This document shows, piece by piece, positions 49,999 to 59,527 of a DNA stretch of 64,000 nucleotides. The notes below the pieces were generated by a model. That model was not told the origin of the DNA. It did no database searches and saw nothing but the letters and a program-made list of their open reading frames with translations. Where the stretch lies: NCBI GenBank assembly GCA_038212275.1, contig JBBQUR010000001.1, positions 224,001 through 288,000 of the forward strand. Reading direction: 5' to 3'. Origin of the DNA: Planctomycetota bacterium (GTDB taxonomy: Bacteria > Planctomycetota > B15-G4). The number at the start of each line of letters is the position of its first letter. Position 1 is the stretch's first letter. The translations under genes and the position numbers were made by a program.

Positions 49999-51372
49999 AT
50001 GAAGACTCTCTCGTGCCTTCTGTCCTTCGCGCTGCTCGCCGTGCTCGGCAGCGCCACCGCCCAGATCGACACCGTGACCGGCGACGGCGTCGACCCGTCG
50101 ATGGGTTCGCTCGGTACCACGCTGACGATCACGGGCGCCGGCTTCGGCGGCCCGACCGGGCTCGGCAAGCCGTCAGCCTTCCTGCTGGACCCGATGACGC
50201 TGAAGAAGTTCACGCTCAAGCTGCTGACCTTCTCGGACACCGAGGTCACGGCGCAGATCACGAAGGCCGCCTACGGCGCGCTGGACGTGAACGTGCAGCC
50301 CAAGGGCGGGCCATTGCTGGTCGCGGCGGGCGCCTTCACCGTGCCCGATCCGGAGATCACGGGCGTGCTGCCCATGGACGAGAGCGGCACCATCGGCACC
50401 ACCGTCACCATCTCGGGCAGCGGGCTGCTGGGAGTGGTCGGCCTCTCCAAGCCGAAGGTGCAGCTCTTCGATCCGGACACCGGCAAGAAGTATGCGCTCA
50501 AGGTGGCCACGTTCTCGGACACCGAGGTCACCGCGTCGATCACCAAGGCCGTCGCCGGGACGATGGAGCTGCAGCTGCTGCCGAAGGGCGGCGCGGCGCT
50601 CATCGCGACGGCGGGCTTCGAAGTGCCGCTGCCGAACATCCTGAGCATCACGCCGGCCTTCGGCTTCGCCAACGACACGATCACGCTCGAGTGCGAGCAC
50701 GTCGGCAACAAGAAGCCCAAGGTGAAGCTGGGCACCAAGAGCTGCAAGGTGCTGAGCTTCTCCGACACGGAAGTCGCCTTCCTGATGCCCAAGAAGCTGG
50801 CCAAGGGCGCGCAGACGCTGCAGCTCACCAACAAGGTGGGCGTCGCCACGCAGATCGCCGCGATCATCAATCAGGGCGACGGCCCCGACACGGTGACCGA
50901 CGATGCCTTCACCGCGACGCTGGGCAAGACGAAGTTCGTCGCGGGTGGGTTCATCTTCTTCGTAGTGAGCTCCGACTATGACCCGATGCAGGTCGATACC
51001 AATTCCATGTGCTACTTTACGGACCCGCTGACTTTCCAGGAAATCGCTGGAATGGTCGTGCACACGCCCTTTGACCCGCACGCCTTCACGGAGCCGGTGG
51101 CATTCGTGGATGCCCCGGGAGGGAGCATCGGATACAAGCTGATTGATCCGAATGCAGATCCCGTCTTCGGTCTGCCCCTCGGGCGCTGGAGCTCCGATGC
51201 GGTCGGCGGCTCATCGATCATCACGGCGCTGGGCGTCGAGGAGCTGGGGGGCAATACCGTCCGGATGCGACTCGCTTTCTCCGGCACGATGGTACTCGTG
51301 GAAGGCACTGGTCCCGAGACGATCGTCGTCACCAACGGCTTCTTCCGAAGCACCTTCGATGCGCTGCCCTGA
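49999..51372 (+). CDS. Secreted IPT/TIG-repeat protein, paralogue 2
   Basis: GGAG RBS; signal peptide ending ATA-Q; three repeats [12 protein letters not shown] / [11 protein letters not shown] / [11 protein letters not shown]. Confidence 0.78.
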   Translation: MKTLSCLLSFALLAVLGSATAQIDTVTGDGVDPSMGSLGTTLTITGAGFGGPTGLGKPSAFLLDPMTLKKFTLKLLTFSDTEVTAQITKAAYGALDVNVQPKGGPLLVAAGAFTVPDPEITGVLPMDESGTIGTTVTISGSGLLGVVGLSKPKVQLFDPDTGKKYALKVATFSDTEVTASITKAVAGTMELQLLPKGGAALIATAGFEVPLPNILSITPAFGFANDTITLECEHVGNKKPKVKLGTKSCKVLSFSDTEVAFLMPKKLAKGAQTLQLTNKVGVATQIAAIINQGDGPDTVTDDAFTATLGKTKFVAGGFIFFVVSSDYDPMQVDTNSMCYFTDPLTFQEIAGMVVHTPFDPHAFTEPVAFVDAPGGSIGYKLIDPNADPVFGLPLGRWSSDAVGGSSIITALGVEELGGNTVRMRLAFSGTMVLVEGTGPETIVVTNGFFRSTFDALP

Positions 51373-51461
51373 TCGGCACACATCGCTTCAGGATCGTGAT
51401 GCGGGGCCGACCGTCGGCCCCGCGCCTCTTTCCGGGGCGCTCCCGAGTATGCTGGCGCGCG

Positions 51462-51785
51462 ATGTCGGATCCGAAGCGTGACACCGGGACGGGCACGGGA
51501 ACTCGCACCGAGACCGAAACGGAGACCGTCACGAGCGTGCAGCTCGGGTTTCCGTGGAACGTCATCGTGTGGGATGACCCCGTGAACCTCATGAGTTACG
51601 TGGTGTACGTCTTCCAGAAGCTGTTCGGCTTCTCGATGCAGACGGCCACGAAGCACATGCTCGAGGTGCACGAGAAGGGCAAATCGCTGGTGGCAAGCGC
51701 GGATCGCGAGCGCGCCGAGTACTACGTCACCCGGCTGCATGCCTACGGGCTGCAGGCCACGCTGGAGCGCGCCGACCCCGCCTGA
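51462..51785 (+). CDS. clpS: ATP-dependent Clp protease adaptor ClpS (actinobacterial type)
   Basis: [25 protein letters not shown]...MLEVHEKG. Confidence 0.93.
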   Translation: MSDPKRDTGTGTGTRTETETETVTSVQLGFPWNVIVWDDPVNLMSYVVYVFQKLFGFSMQTATKHMLEVHEKGKSLVASADRERAEYYVTRLHAYGLQATLERADPA

Positions 51786-51814
51786 CGCGGGCGGCGGCGG
51801 CGGGGCAGCGCGGG

Positions 51815-52330
51815 ATGGCGCAGATCGAACAGACGACGCCCGAGGCCGACGGAGAGAGGCGCTGGTTGCTTCAGCTCCCTGCTGCCGAGGCTGCGCTCCT
51901 CACCGCGCTCCCCGAGCAACTCGCGCGGCTGCTGGCAAGTCCCGAGCGCAACCGGCGCCTCATCGCGCGACTCTTTCCGGCCAGCTACAGCGACCCGGCT
52001 CAGGAAAAGGAGCATCGCGCGCTGCTCGGGTCGTCACTGCTCGACAGCCGGCGCGAACTGCTCCAGGAGGTGCGCATGCTCTTCGCCAGCGGGACGCGCC
52101 ATCGCAAGGGGCTCCGCATCAGGCTGAGTCCTGCGGGCGCCGACCAGCTCCTGCGCTTCGTCAACGACATGCGCCTCGTGCTGGCCACCGACCTCGGCGT
52201 CGAGAAGAACCTCGGCGAGCTGACCATCGCCGCCGACGACCCCAACGCGCCCAAGTACGCCCTGCTCGTCTACCTCGGCGGGCTGGAGTCGGCGCTCGTG
52301 GACATGCTCATCGGGGACCAGGGCTTCTGA
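51815..52330 (+). CDS. DUF2017-family protein
   Basis: RLFPASYSD, VNDMRLVLATDLGV; directly follows clpS. Confidence 0.8.
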   Translation: MAQIEQTTPEADGERRWLLQLPAAEAALLTALPEQLARLLASPERNRRLIARLFPASYSDPAQEKEHRALLGSSLLDSRRELLQEVRMLFASGTRHRKGLRIRLSPAGADQLLRFVNDMRLVLATDLGVEKNLGELTIAADDPNAPKYALLVYLGGLESALVDMLIGDQGF

Positions 52331-54089
52331 CGGCGGCCCCGTCCGGCCCCGCGCTTTCCCAGAGCTGTTCGCCGGACGGCATGGTTTCGATGAGGTGCAG
52401 GCCGGCCACCGCTTCGTCGGTCGGCTCTCGGCGCTGCGTGACCAGCACTCCGTCGGGGTGCTGCTGCAGCCAGCCTGCGACCTCGCGGCCCGGCATGCTG
52501 GCGATGGGCTCGCGGAGCTGTCCGAAAAAGTCGAACTGAGCGCGGTACTTGCCCAGCCACGCGATCGGGCGGCCATCGAGCTGCAACGCCGCCACGCGCG
52601 TCGCGGCGACGCGCAGGTCACGCTGCACGAGGGGCGCAGGCGGTGCGCCGAGGTGCACCGCGACGAAAAGCGTGGCGCAGACGCAGGCGAGCAGCGTCAT
52701 GGCTCGCGGGAGCGTGCGCGGGACGGCTGACGCGATGGCGAGACCCACGCCGAAAAGGGCGACGCCAGCGATCGCCGACGTGCCCGCAAGGTCGGCGCGA
52801 TCGAGCGGCGCCCAGCCCTGGGCGGCGAAGACGAGCGCGGCACCGCACGCCGCGAGCAGCAATCCGGGCACGAGCGCCTCGTGTCGCGGACGCCGCGGCC
52901 CGGCGCCCGGCTTCACACCGTGTCCGCCTTCGCCGCCGACGAGCGAAGCCGCGGCGTCGGTCTCCGCCGCGTGGCGCACGAGCGACGCGGTGGCGAGCAG
53001 CGCGAAAGCCGGCAGTTCGGGGAGCAGATACTGCTCCTGCTTCGAACCGATGGCCGACAGGATCAGCAGTGCGGGCAGCGACCAGGCCAGGCAGAAGCGC
53101 ATGCCGCTCACGCCTGCCGCCGCTCGCGGCACGGCGGCGGACGTCGGCCCGCCCGCGCTGCGCCCGGAGCGGGCCGCGCGCCACAGCCGTGGCCAGAGAC
53201 TCCACGGAAAGAGCATCAGGGGGAGCATCGCGACGTAGAACCACCAGGGCTCGGCGTGCGGGACCTCGGCGCTGTTGGCGAGGCGCGAGCTGGCCTGTCC
53301 CCAGAGCAGGGCCTCGCGATAGGCGCTGCCGCCCGCGTTGCCCGCCGGGATGACCCAGAGCAGAGCGAGCGCCACACCGAGCAGCACGGCGAGGGCCACG
53401 CGCGAGGCCCAGGCCAGTCCGCGTGTCGCGGGCCCGTCGGCCTCGCGCGTCCTGCGTCCGCCAGCCGGGTCGGTGCCGTCGCGGCCTGCTGCGGATGGGG
53501 ACCACCAGCGCACGGCCAGAGCTACCGGCAGCACGTGCACCAGCAGCACCGGGCCCTTCAGCAGGAAGCCCGCGCCGAGGCCGAAGCTGCACAGCAGCCA
53601 GCCACGTACGCCGCCTTCCTGCCGCGCGACGAGCAGGCCGAGCAAGCTCAGCAGCGTGGCGCTCACGAGCAGCATGTCGAACATCAGGAAAGTGCTCCAC
53701 GCCACGAACAGCGCCGAGCCGCACAGCATGAGCGGAGCCAGTGGGGCGACGGCTGGCGCCGGAGCAGGCGCGGCGGGGAAGAGCCGGCGTGCGAGCCGCG
53801 AAGTCAGCCACAGAGTTGCCAGCGCGGCCAGCGGAGAGATGAGCCGGGGCCACCACGCGTTCACGCCGAAGACAGCCCAGCCTGCGTGCATCAGCCAGAA
53901 GAGCAATGGCGGCTTGTCGGTGTACAGCGCGCCGCCGAGGCGCGGCACGAGGAAGTCGCCGCGCGCCCACATGCCCCAGGCGATGCCGAGGTAGCGCGTT
54001 TCGTCCACGGGCCACGCGGGACGCGCAGCCAGCGCCGCCGCCGTGCTGGCGATGACGAGGATCAGGCAGGTGAATGCCGTGCGACTCAT
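52308..54089 (-). CDS. ArnT/GT83-like (PMT family) membrane glycosyltransferase
   Basis: DETRY...M...GDFLVP, DKPPLLFW, LKGPV, HAEPWWFY, SKQEQYLLP. Confidence 0.9.
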   Translation of the reverse strand: MSRTAFTCLILVIASTAAALAARPAWPVDETRYLGIAWGMWARGDFLVPRLGGALYTDKPPLLFWLMHAGWAVFGVNAWWPRLISPLAALATLWLTSRLARRLFPAAPAPAPAVAPLAPLMLCGSALFVAWSTFLMFDMLLVSATLLSLLGLLVARQEGGVRGWLLCSFGLGAGFLLKGPVLLVHVLPVALAVRWWSPSAAGRDGTDPAGGRRTREADGPATRGLAWASRVALAVLLGVALALLWVIPAGNAGGSAYREALLWGQASSRLANSAEVPHAEPWWFYVAMLPLMLFPWSLWPRLWRAARSGRSAGGPTSAAVPRAAAGVSGMRFCLAWSLPALLILSAIGSKQEQYLLPELPAFALLATASLVRHAAETDAAASLVGGEGGHGVKPGAGPRRPRHEALVPGLLLAACGAALVFAAQGWAPLDRADLAGTSAIAGVALFGVGLAIASAVPRTLPRAMTLLACVCATLFVAVHLGAPPAPLVQRDLRVAATRVAALQLDGRPIAWLGKYRAQFDFFGQLREPIASMPGREVAGWLQQHPDGVLVTQRREPTDEAVAGLHLIETMPSGEQLWESAGPDGAAVRSPGPR

Positions 54090-54164
54090 CGCTTCAGCCT
54101 GCACAAGCAGGGCGGCACTTCCTAGGGCCTGAGGCTTCCGTCGGCCCGACTTGCTGCCGTCTCC

Positions 54165-55223
54165 TCAGCCGAGTGGCTGCTGGGCTCCGACGCGCGCCTT
54201 GTGCAGGCGCTTCGCGGTGGTGCTTCCCTCGATGCTGCCGTCCATGAGGGGCGTGCCCTCGAAGACGTTGAACGGGTCCGACCGCGTGCCGAGCAGCTCG
54301 GCGCTGTAGTTGTGGCCGCTCTTGCGGTTGTTTTCGGCCCATTGCTCGGGGCAGGTCTCGAGCAGGCAGAAGCTCTTGTGCACGATGAACTTCTCGTACA
54401 TGCGCTTGTGGATGTCCGCCAGCGGCTCGTCGGCGATGTTGCCGTAGATCGCGTGGATGCGGTCGCAGGTCATGACGTCACCGTCATTGGTGACGTAGAG
54501 CTTGTGTGTGCCGGCCGGGCAGCGGTCCTTGCCGCTCCAGAAGAGGTTGTCCTCGCGGCAGCGCGGGTGGTAGCGCATCTTCCAGTAGTACTCGCTGTCC
54601 ACGCCGACGTTGTTGTAGATCATCGGGTAGTTGAACAGCACCGAGAAGTCGTCCTCCTCGGCCATCTTGAAGGCGAACTCGATGTTCTCGCGCTCCTTGA
54701 GCAGGTTCACCACCGAGAGCGTGACCGAGATGCCCTGCTCGACGCAGTACTGCGCGAGCTCGCGCTTGAAGCTCTTGAGGTAGTAGCCGCCGTAGCTCAT
54801 CTGGATCGTGGAGAGCCCGGCCTTTTTCAGGCGGTCGATCTTCTCCTTCGTGAGCAGCGTGCTGTTGGTGACGAGCGAGATGACGACGTCCTTAGGGATC
54901 GCGTCCACGACCTCGTAGATGTCCTTGCGGACCATCGGCTCGCCGCCGGTCACGTTCACGTGGATGAGCCCGAGCGCGTGCGCGTCGCGGGTGAGCTTCG
55001 CCACCGTCTCCACCGTCATGTCCGGCGGACGCTTCTGGGCCTTCATGAGGTCTTCGGCGTAGCAGAACTCGCAGTCGAGATTGCAGATCCACGTGACGGC
55101 CAGTTCAAGGCTGCGCAGCGTGCGGATGCCGGCGCGCATCTTGGCCTCGGACGCGAGCACGCGCATGGCCTGGCTGGGCGACTTGACGCCGAGCGAGAAC
55201 TGCTTGATGGCCTTCTTGAGCAT
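54165..55223 (-). CDS. Radical SAM protein with Twitch/SPASM-type C-terminus
   Basis: CNLDCEFC, TGGEP, CPAG...DGDVMTC...GNI. Confidence 0.9.
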   Translation of the reverse strand: MLKKAIKQFSLGVKSPSQAMRVLASEAKMRAGIRTLRSLELAVTWICNLDCEFCYAEDLMKAQKRPPDMTVETVAKLTRDAHALGLIHVNVTGGEPMVRKDIYEVVDAIPKDVVISLVTNSTLLTKEKIDRLKKAGLSTIQMSYGGYYLKSFKRELAQYCVEQGISVTLSVVNLLKERENIEFAFKMAEEDDFSVLFNYPMIYNNVGVDSEYYWKMRYHPRCREDNLFWSGKDRCPAGTHKLYVTNDGDVMTCDRIHAIYGNIADEPLADIHKRMYEKFIVHKSFCLLETCPEQWAENNRKSGHNYSAELLGTRSDPFNVFEGTPLMDGSIEGSTTAKRLHKARVGAQQPLG

Positions 55224-55365
55224 GAAGTCGTGCGTCCGGAGGTGAGCCGGGAAGTGTACCGGATGTTATCGGCAGAGCTGGCGCCGGACTGTTTCCGGAG
55301 TGGTCTGTCGGCTGCGGGATGGGGCCGCTCGACGCTCCCTGTTCCGGAGCGCGGGAGGCTGCGGC

Positions 55366-55986
55366 CTACTCGCGATCGAGGAAGATCACGCCGTCGATGA
55401 CCCCGAGGCGCAGCGCATCGTCGGTGGACATGTCCAGCGCGGTGGGAATGCTCTTCTCGGCCCACACGGCGTCGTGGTTCAGGAAGCGGCCGATGTAGGC
55501 ATTCTCGAGCCGGCGGCAGAGCTGCACGTACTTCTCGTCCGGCGGCGGGTATTCCTCGCGGTCTTCTTCGCCGTCTTCCGGCTCCTCGGGCTCGTCCCAG
55601 ACCATGCGGTGGATGAGCAGCACGGAGTTCTCGAAGGCGGTGCGCACGCCGGTGCCGGCCATCAGGATGATGCAGGCCGCGCTCTGCGCGAAGCCCATGC
55701 ACACGGTGTTCACCCGGCAGGGGATGCCGTGCATCGCATTGATGATCGCGCAGGCGGCCTCGACGTCTCCGCCGACCGAGTTGATCAGCAGGTCCACGGA
55801 CTCGACCGGGTTTTCCTCGGCGAAGGTCAGGAGCTGGCCGACCACGCGCTCGGCGACGGCCGCGTTGATGTCCCCGAAGAGGAAGACGCGGCGCTTGCCT
55901 GCGAAGGATTGTCGTCGGGGCACGGAGGTCGATGTCGCGGAGGGAAAAGGGTCGGGGAAGCTTGACGGGGTGCGGCGCTCTGCCAT
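55366..55986 (-). CDS. Divergent ClpP-family protein
   Basis: RRVFLFGDI, LLINSVGGDV, MGFAQSAA, LIH, ALRLGVIDGVI. Confidence 0.82.
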   Translation of the reverse strand: MAERRTPSSFPDPFPSATSTSVPRRQSFAGKRRVFLFGDINAAVAERVVGQLLTFAEENPVESVDLLINSVGGDVEAACAIINAMHGIPCRVNTVCMGFAQSAACIILMAGTGVRTAFENSVLLIHRMVWDEPEEPEDGEEDREEYPPPDEKYVQLCRRLENAYIGRFLNHDAVWAEKSIPTALDMSTDDALRLGVIDGVIFLDRE

Positions 55987-56157
55987 GGGAGGCAGCATAG
56001 CAGCGGCGAGGGGCGGGCGCCCCCGATGCTTCCCGGCCAAGGCGGGCCGCCCGGACTTCGCGCGCCGGCGATCCGACGCGAGCACCTGTCCGCAATCGGT
56101 GCGGGGGCTGCTAATCTCGTCCTTGTCCCGGCCTTCGCCAGCCCGCTCGAGTCCTCC

Positions 56158-58374
56158 GTGCCGACAGCACCTCACGCCGCTTTCGTGTCGGGCCGCCGCC
56201 GGGAAGCCAGCGCTCCGCTCGCAGGAGCCGTCGCTTTCGCGCGCTCGGTGGCGCTGCGCGCGAGGCCCGCGAGGCCCGCGAGGCCCGCGAGGCCCGCGAG
56301 GCCCGCGAGGCCCGCGCTGCTGGCGCTGCTGGTAGCCGGCCTGGTGTCGTGCGGCGAGGCGAGCCATGCGCCGCCGGTCGCCGCGCCGCCCACGCTGCCC
56401 GATGCGCCACCCGTGGTCGTGGAGGTCAAGGCGCTCGACATCATCGAGGCCTTTGCGAGCGACGACGGCCGCGTGAAGATCCTGGCCCAGAACGCGCAGC
56501 AGCCGCTCTACTGCGGCCCCGGCAATTTCGAGAAGGACACGCAGCTCGCCTCCGATGCCGCGCACAAGGTCATCGATGCCCGCGCCGAGAGCGCCTTCGA
56601 GATCACGGTGGGGCCGCTGGGCAAGGGGGCGCGACTGCTGGCGCGCACGCTGGTCTACAGCTCCTTTCCACACGATCCGGCGCGCGCAGATCCCGCTCCC
56701 GTCACGTACCGCATTCTCGTGAACGGCACCGAGGCTAAGGCGCTGAGAAGCGACTACATCCTCGAGCCGGGCCCGAGCGAGCATCCCTACGACCAGTTCA
56801 TGCGCACGCTCTCGGTACCGCTTGATGCCGCGGAAGCCGGGCCGGTGACGCTGCGCTTCGAGACGACGCGCCTCGGCGCGCCGGAACCCGGGCCGGGCGT
56901 CGTGGTGCCCGAGCCGCTCTGGTGGGACCTGGTCGTGCTGCAGCCGGTGGCCGTGCCGCGCGCGCTGGCGGATCGCGCCCATCCCAACGTGCTCATGCTC
57001 GTCGTGGACACGCTGGCCGCAGGCCGCATGTCGCTGCACGGGTATGAGCGCCCGACGACGCCGGAGATCGAGCGCTTCGCGACGCGCGGCCTGCGTTTCG
57101 AGCGCGCGCTCTCGATGTCGAGCTGGACGCTGCCGGCGACGGCCTCGCTGCTCACTGGCCTGGCGCCCAATGAGCACGGCGTGCTCGGCTACAAGCGCAA
57201 CTATCTCATGGACGGCGTCCTCACTTGGCCCGAAGTGCTGCGCCAGCAGGGCATGGAAGGCGGCGCCTTCGTGGCCAACACGCTCATCTCGCGCGCCAAC
57301 AACTTCCAGCAGGGCTTCGGCCACTGGGAGCAGGCCAACGACGAGACCGCCGAGCAGCTCAACGCGCGGCTCCTCGCGTGGTTGCAGTCGCAGCCGCCCG
57401 GAGCGCGCTGGTTCGCCTACGTGCACTACATGGATCCGCACGCGCCGTACGACGCCCCGGGCGCCGCGCGCGACCGCTTCTCGGGAGGCACGCCGGCGCC
57501 GGCGGAGCTGTCACGCCTTCGCCCGGAGAGCGTGCTGCGCGGCGAGACGCCGCCGCCCGACGCAGCCGCGCGCGCGCAGCTCGTGAATCTCTACGACGGC
57601 GAAGTGGCCTACTTCGATGCGTGCTTCGGCGCGCTCATGGCAGCGCTGGAGGCGCGCGGTCTCGCCGACGACACGGTCGTGCTGCTCACCGCGGATCACG
57701 GCGAGGAACTCTTCGAGCACGGCCGCTGGGGACACGGCTTCTCGCTCTACAACGAGATGCTGCACGTGCCGCTGGTGGTCGCCGGGCCCGGCTTCTCGTC
57801 CGGCGGCGTGCGCGACGATCCCGTCAGCACGGCCGCCGTCGCGAGCCTGCTGCTGGGGGCCGCGCACGCGCCGCCGGCGCCCGATGCGCTGGCCATGCTG
57901 CCTCCGCCGGCGCCCGGCGAGTGGCGCCCCGTGATGTCGCTGGTGCGCACCGAACTCTTCGGCCCGAAGCGCACGCTCGTGTCCGCGCAGACCGCCACGC
58001 ACAAGGACATCTGGGTGCAGGCCGAGCAGGACGAGGCCGAACAAGTCGACGAGGTCTTCGATCTCGGGGCCGACCCGGACGAGCAGCACCCGCTGATCTT
58101 CACGCATCCGAGTGGCGACGAGGCGCAGCACAGCCTGCAGCGCCTGATCGACGAGACGCGTGCATGGTCGCGCGCCACGGCTGCGCGTCGGCCCGCCGAG
58201 CCGCAGCCGCAGAATCCGCAGATTCTCGAATCGCTGCAGGAGATCGGCTACGTCGGCGACGGCAAGCTCAAGTCGCCGCCGGTGCACGCTCCGGACGCGC
58301 AGAAAACCAGGGATGCGAAGGACGCGCAGGACGCGCAGGACGCGCAGGACGCGCAGCCGGAGCCACCGAAGTGA
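56158..58374 (+). CDS. Sulfatase-family lipoprotein (Ser-type)
   Basis: Lipobox LVS-C; PNVLMLVVDTL, SSWTLPATASLLTG, HYMDPHAPY, YDGEV, ADHGE, LHVPL, LQEIGY; start uncertain. Confidence 0.88.
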   Translation: MPTAPHAAFVSGRRREASAPLAGAVAFARSVALRARPARPARPARPARPARPALLALLVAGLVSCGEASHAPPVAAPPTLPDAPPVVVEVKALDIIEAFASDDGRVKILAQNAQQPLYCGPGNFEKDTQLASDAAHKVIDARAESAFEITVGPLGKGARLLARTLVYSSFPHDPARADPAPVTYRILVNGTEAKALRSDYILEPGPSEHPYDQFMRTLSVPLDAAEAGPVTLRFETTRLGAPEPGPGVVVPEPLWWDLVVLQPVAVPRALADRAHPNVLMLVVDTLAAGRMSLHGYERPTTPEIERFATRGLRFERALSMSSWTLPATASLLTGLAPNEHGVLGYKRNYLMDGVLTWPEVLRQQGMEGGAFVANTLISRANNFQQGFGHWEQANDETAEQLNARLLAWLQSQPPGARWFAYVHYMDPHAPYDAPGAARDRFSGGTPAPAELSRLRPESVLRGETPPPDAAARAQLVNLYDGEVAYFDACFGALMAALEARGLADDTVVLLTADHGEELFEHGRWGHGFSLYNEMLHVPLVVAGPGFSSGGVRDDPVSTAAVASLLLGAAHAPPAPDALAMLPPPAPGEWRPVMSLVRTELFGPKRTLVSAQTATHKDIWVQAEQDEAEQVDEVFDLGADPDEQHPLIFTHPSGDEAQHSLQRLIDETRAWSRATAARRPAEPQPQNPQILESLQEIGYVGDGKLKSPPVHAPDAQKTRDAKDAQDAQDAQDAQPEPPK
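56260..56313 (+). repeat. 6 x 9-nt perfect tandem repeat (ARP)6 in the sulfatase signal region
   Basis: gcgaggccc x6. Confidence 0.9.
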
Positions 58375-58712
58375 GTGCACCGTCGCCTGCCGTGCAGCGC
58401 CTGCGCGCCTGCCGCTCCGACGAACTCCTCGAGGGACATGTGCTCAGTCGCGTCCTTGGCGGCCGCCCGGTGGCGCTGCTGCGCCGCGCAAGCATCGTGT
58501 GTGCCTTCGGCGCCCTGTGTCCGCACCAGCAGGCCGACCTCGCCGAGGGGCTCGTGCTGGATGGCGGCATCACCTGCCCGGATCACCTGTGGCACTTCGA
58601 GCTTCCCGGCGGCCGCTGCACCAACGTGCCCGGCGCCGCGCTACCGGTGTACCCGGTCGTGGAACAGGATGGGGCGATCTACGTGGAGCTCGCGCCGCGA
58701 GGTAGCCGGTGA
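58371..58712 (+). CDS. Rieske [2Fe-2S] ferredoxin
   Basis: CPH...CPDH ligands; GTGA overlaps at both ends. Confidence 0.88.
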   Translation: MSAPSPAVQRLRACRSDELLEGHVLSRVLGGRPVALLRRASIVCAFGALCPHQQADLAEGLVLDGGITCPDHLWHFELPGGRCTNVPGAALPVYPVVEQDGAIYVELAPRGSR

Positions 58713-59377
58713 GGAGTGAGTCAGCGCACGGCACACCGGGAGCTGGTCCGGACGCCCCGACGGTCGCCACGCCGAGTGCTGCCTTCAAGCTGGCGAGCCG
58801 CACGCCGCCGACGTGGGCACCCGCTGCGGCGCGAGACCTGCACGCGCTGCTCTCGGACCACGCGCATTGCGAGCTGAAGGCAGCGGCCTCCGGACTCAGC
58901 CTGCTCAAGCGCCAGCCCGTGGGGGCCGGTCACGTGCCGCGCCTGCTGGCGCTGGTCCGCGAGGAAGTGGAGCACGCCCAGCGCGTGCTGCGCGAACTCG
59001 AGGTGCGCGGCTGGTCGCTGCTGCCCGACAGCCGCAGCCCCTACATGACCGGCCTGCTCGCGGCAGCGGGTGCACCGCGCAAGCGCCAGGACGGATACGT
59101 GGACGCGATGCTCGTCTCGGCACTCATCGAGGCGCGCTCTCATGAGCGCTTCGAGCGCCTGCTCGAGTGCGCGGAGCTGACCGAACTGGCCCCTCTGTAC
59201 CGCGTGCTGGCCGAGGCCGAAGCGCGGCACGGAGCTCTGTTCGTGGAGTTGGCCTGCGCCGCCGCACCGCGGGAGGCCGTCCGAGTCCGCCACGCGGAAC
59301 TGGCTGCGGCCGAGGCCCTGCTGATCGCCGAACTGCCCTGCGCGCCCAGGGTCCATTCGGGCCATCCGAGGGCCTGA
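58709..59377 (+). CDS. miaE: tRNA-(ms2io6A37) hydroxylase MiaE (di-iron)
   Basis: DHAHCELKAA, REEVEH, LIEARSHERF, EAEARH. Confidence 0.9.
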   Translation: MRSESAHGTPGAGPDAPTVATPSAAFKLASRTPPTWAPAAARDLHALLSDHAHCELKAAASGLSLLKRQPVGAGHVPRLLALVREEVEHAQRVLRELEVRGWSLLPDSRSPYMTGLLAAAGAPRKRQDGYVDAMLVSALIEARSHERFERLLECAELTELAPLYRVLAEAEARHGALFVELACAAAPREAVRVRHAELAAAEALLIAELPCAPRVHSGHPRA

Positions 59378-59427
59378 ACGGCCCAGGAGAGGAGTTCTCC
59401 TTGCCCCGGAGCGGGGACATCCGGGGC

Positions 59428-59449
59428 ATTCACGAGATCTTCACGCAGC
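59428..59449 (+). promoter_or_regulatory. Candidate Pho box upstream of pstS
   Basis: Two TTCACG hexamers at 11-bp period (aTTCACGagat cTTCACGcagc), ~80 nt before the pstS ATG. Confidence 0.6.
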
Positions 59450-59527
59450 CGGGTTCGAATTCCCACGCGGTCCGGCCATCTTCCGGGCGCGACGAATCCC
59501 GACCACGAACGACGGAGATCCGATGTC

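Noticed and set aside
48437..51372. Diversity-generating retroelement behind the variable tips
   Set aside because: No reverse transcriptase and no TR/VR pair differing at adenines
54165..58374. Radical SAM as anaerobic sulfatase maturase for the nearby Ser-type sulfatase
   Set aside because: Lacks the Cys-rich full SPASM pattern of anSME, is divergently oriented and is separated by the ClpP-like gene
59445..59470. GGTTCGAAT resembling a tRNA T-loop
   Set aside because: No 5-bp T-stem, acceptor stem or anticodon arm can be built
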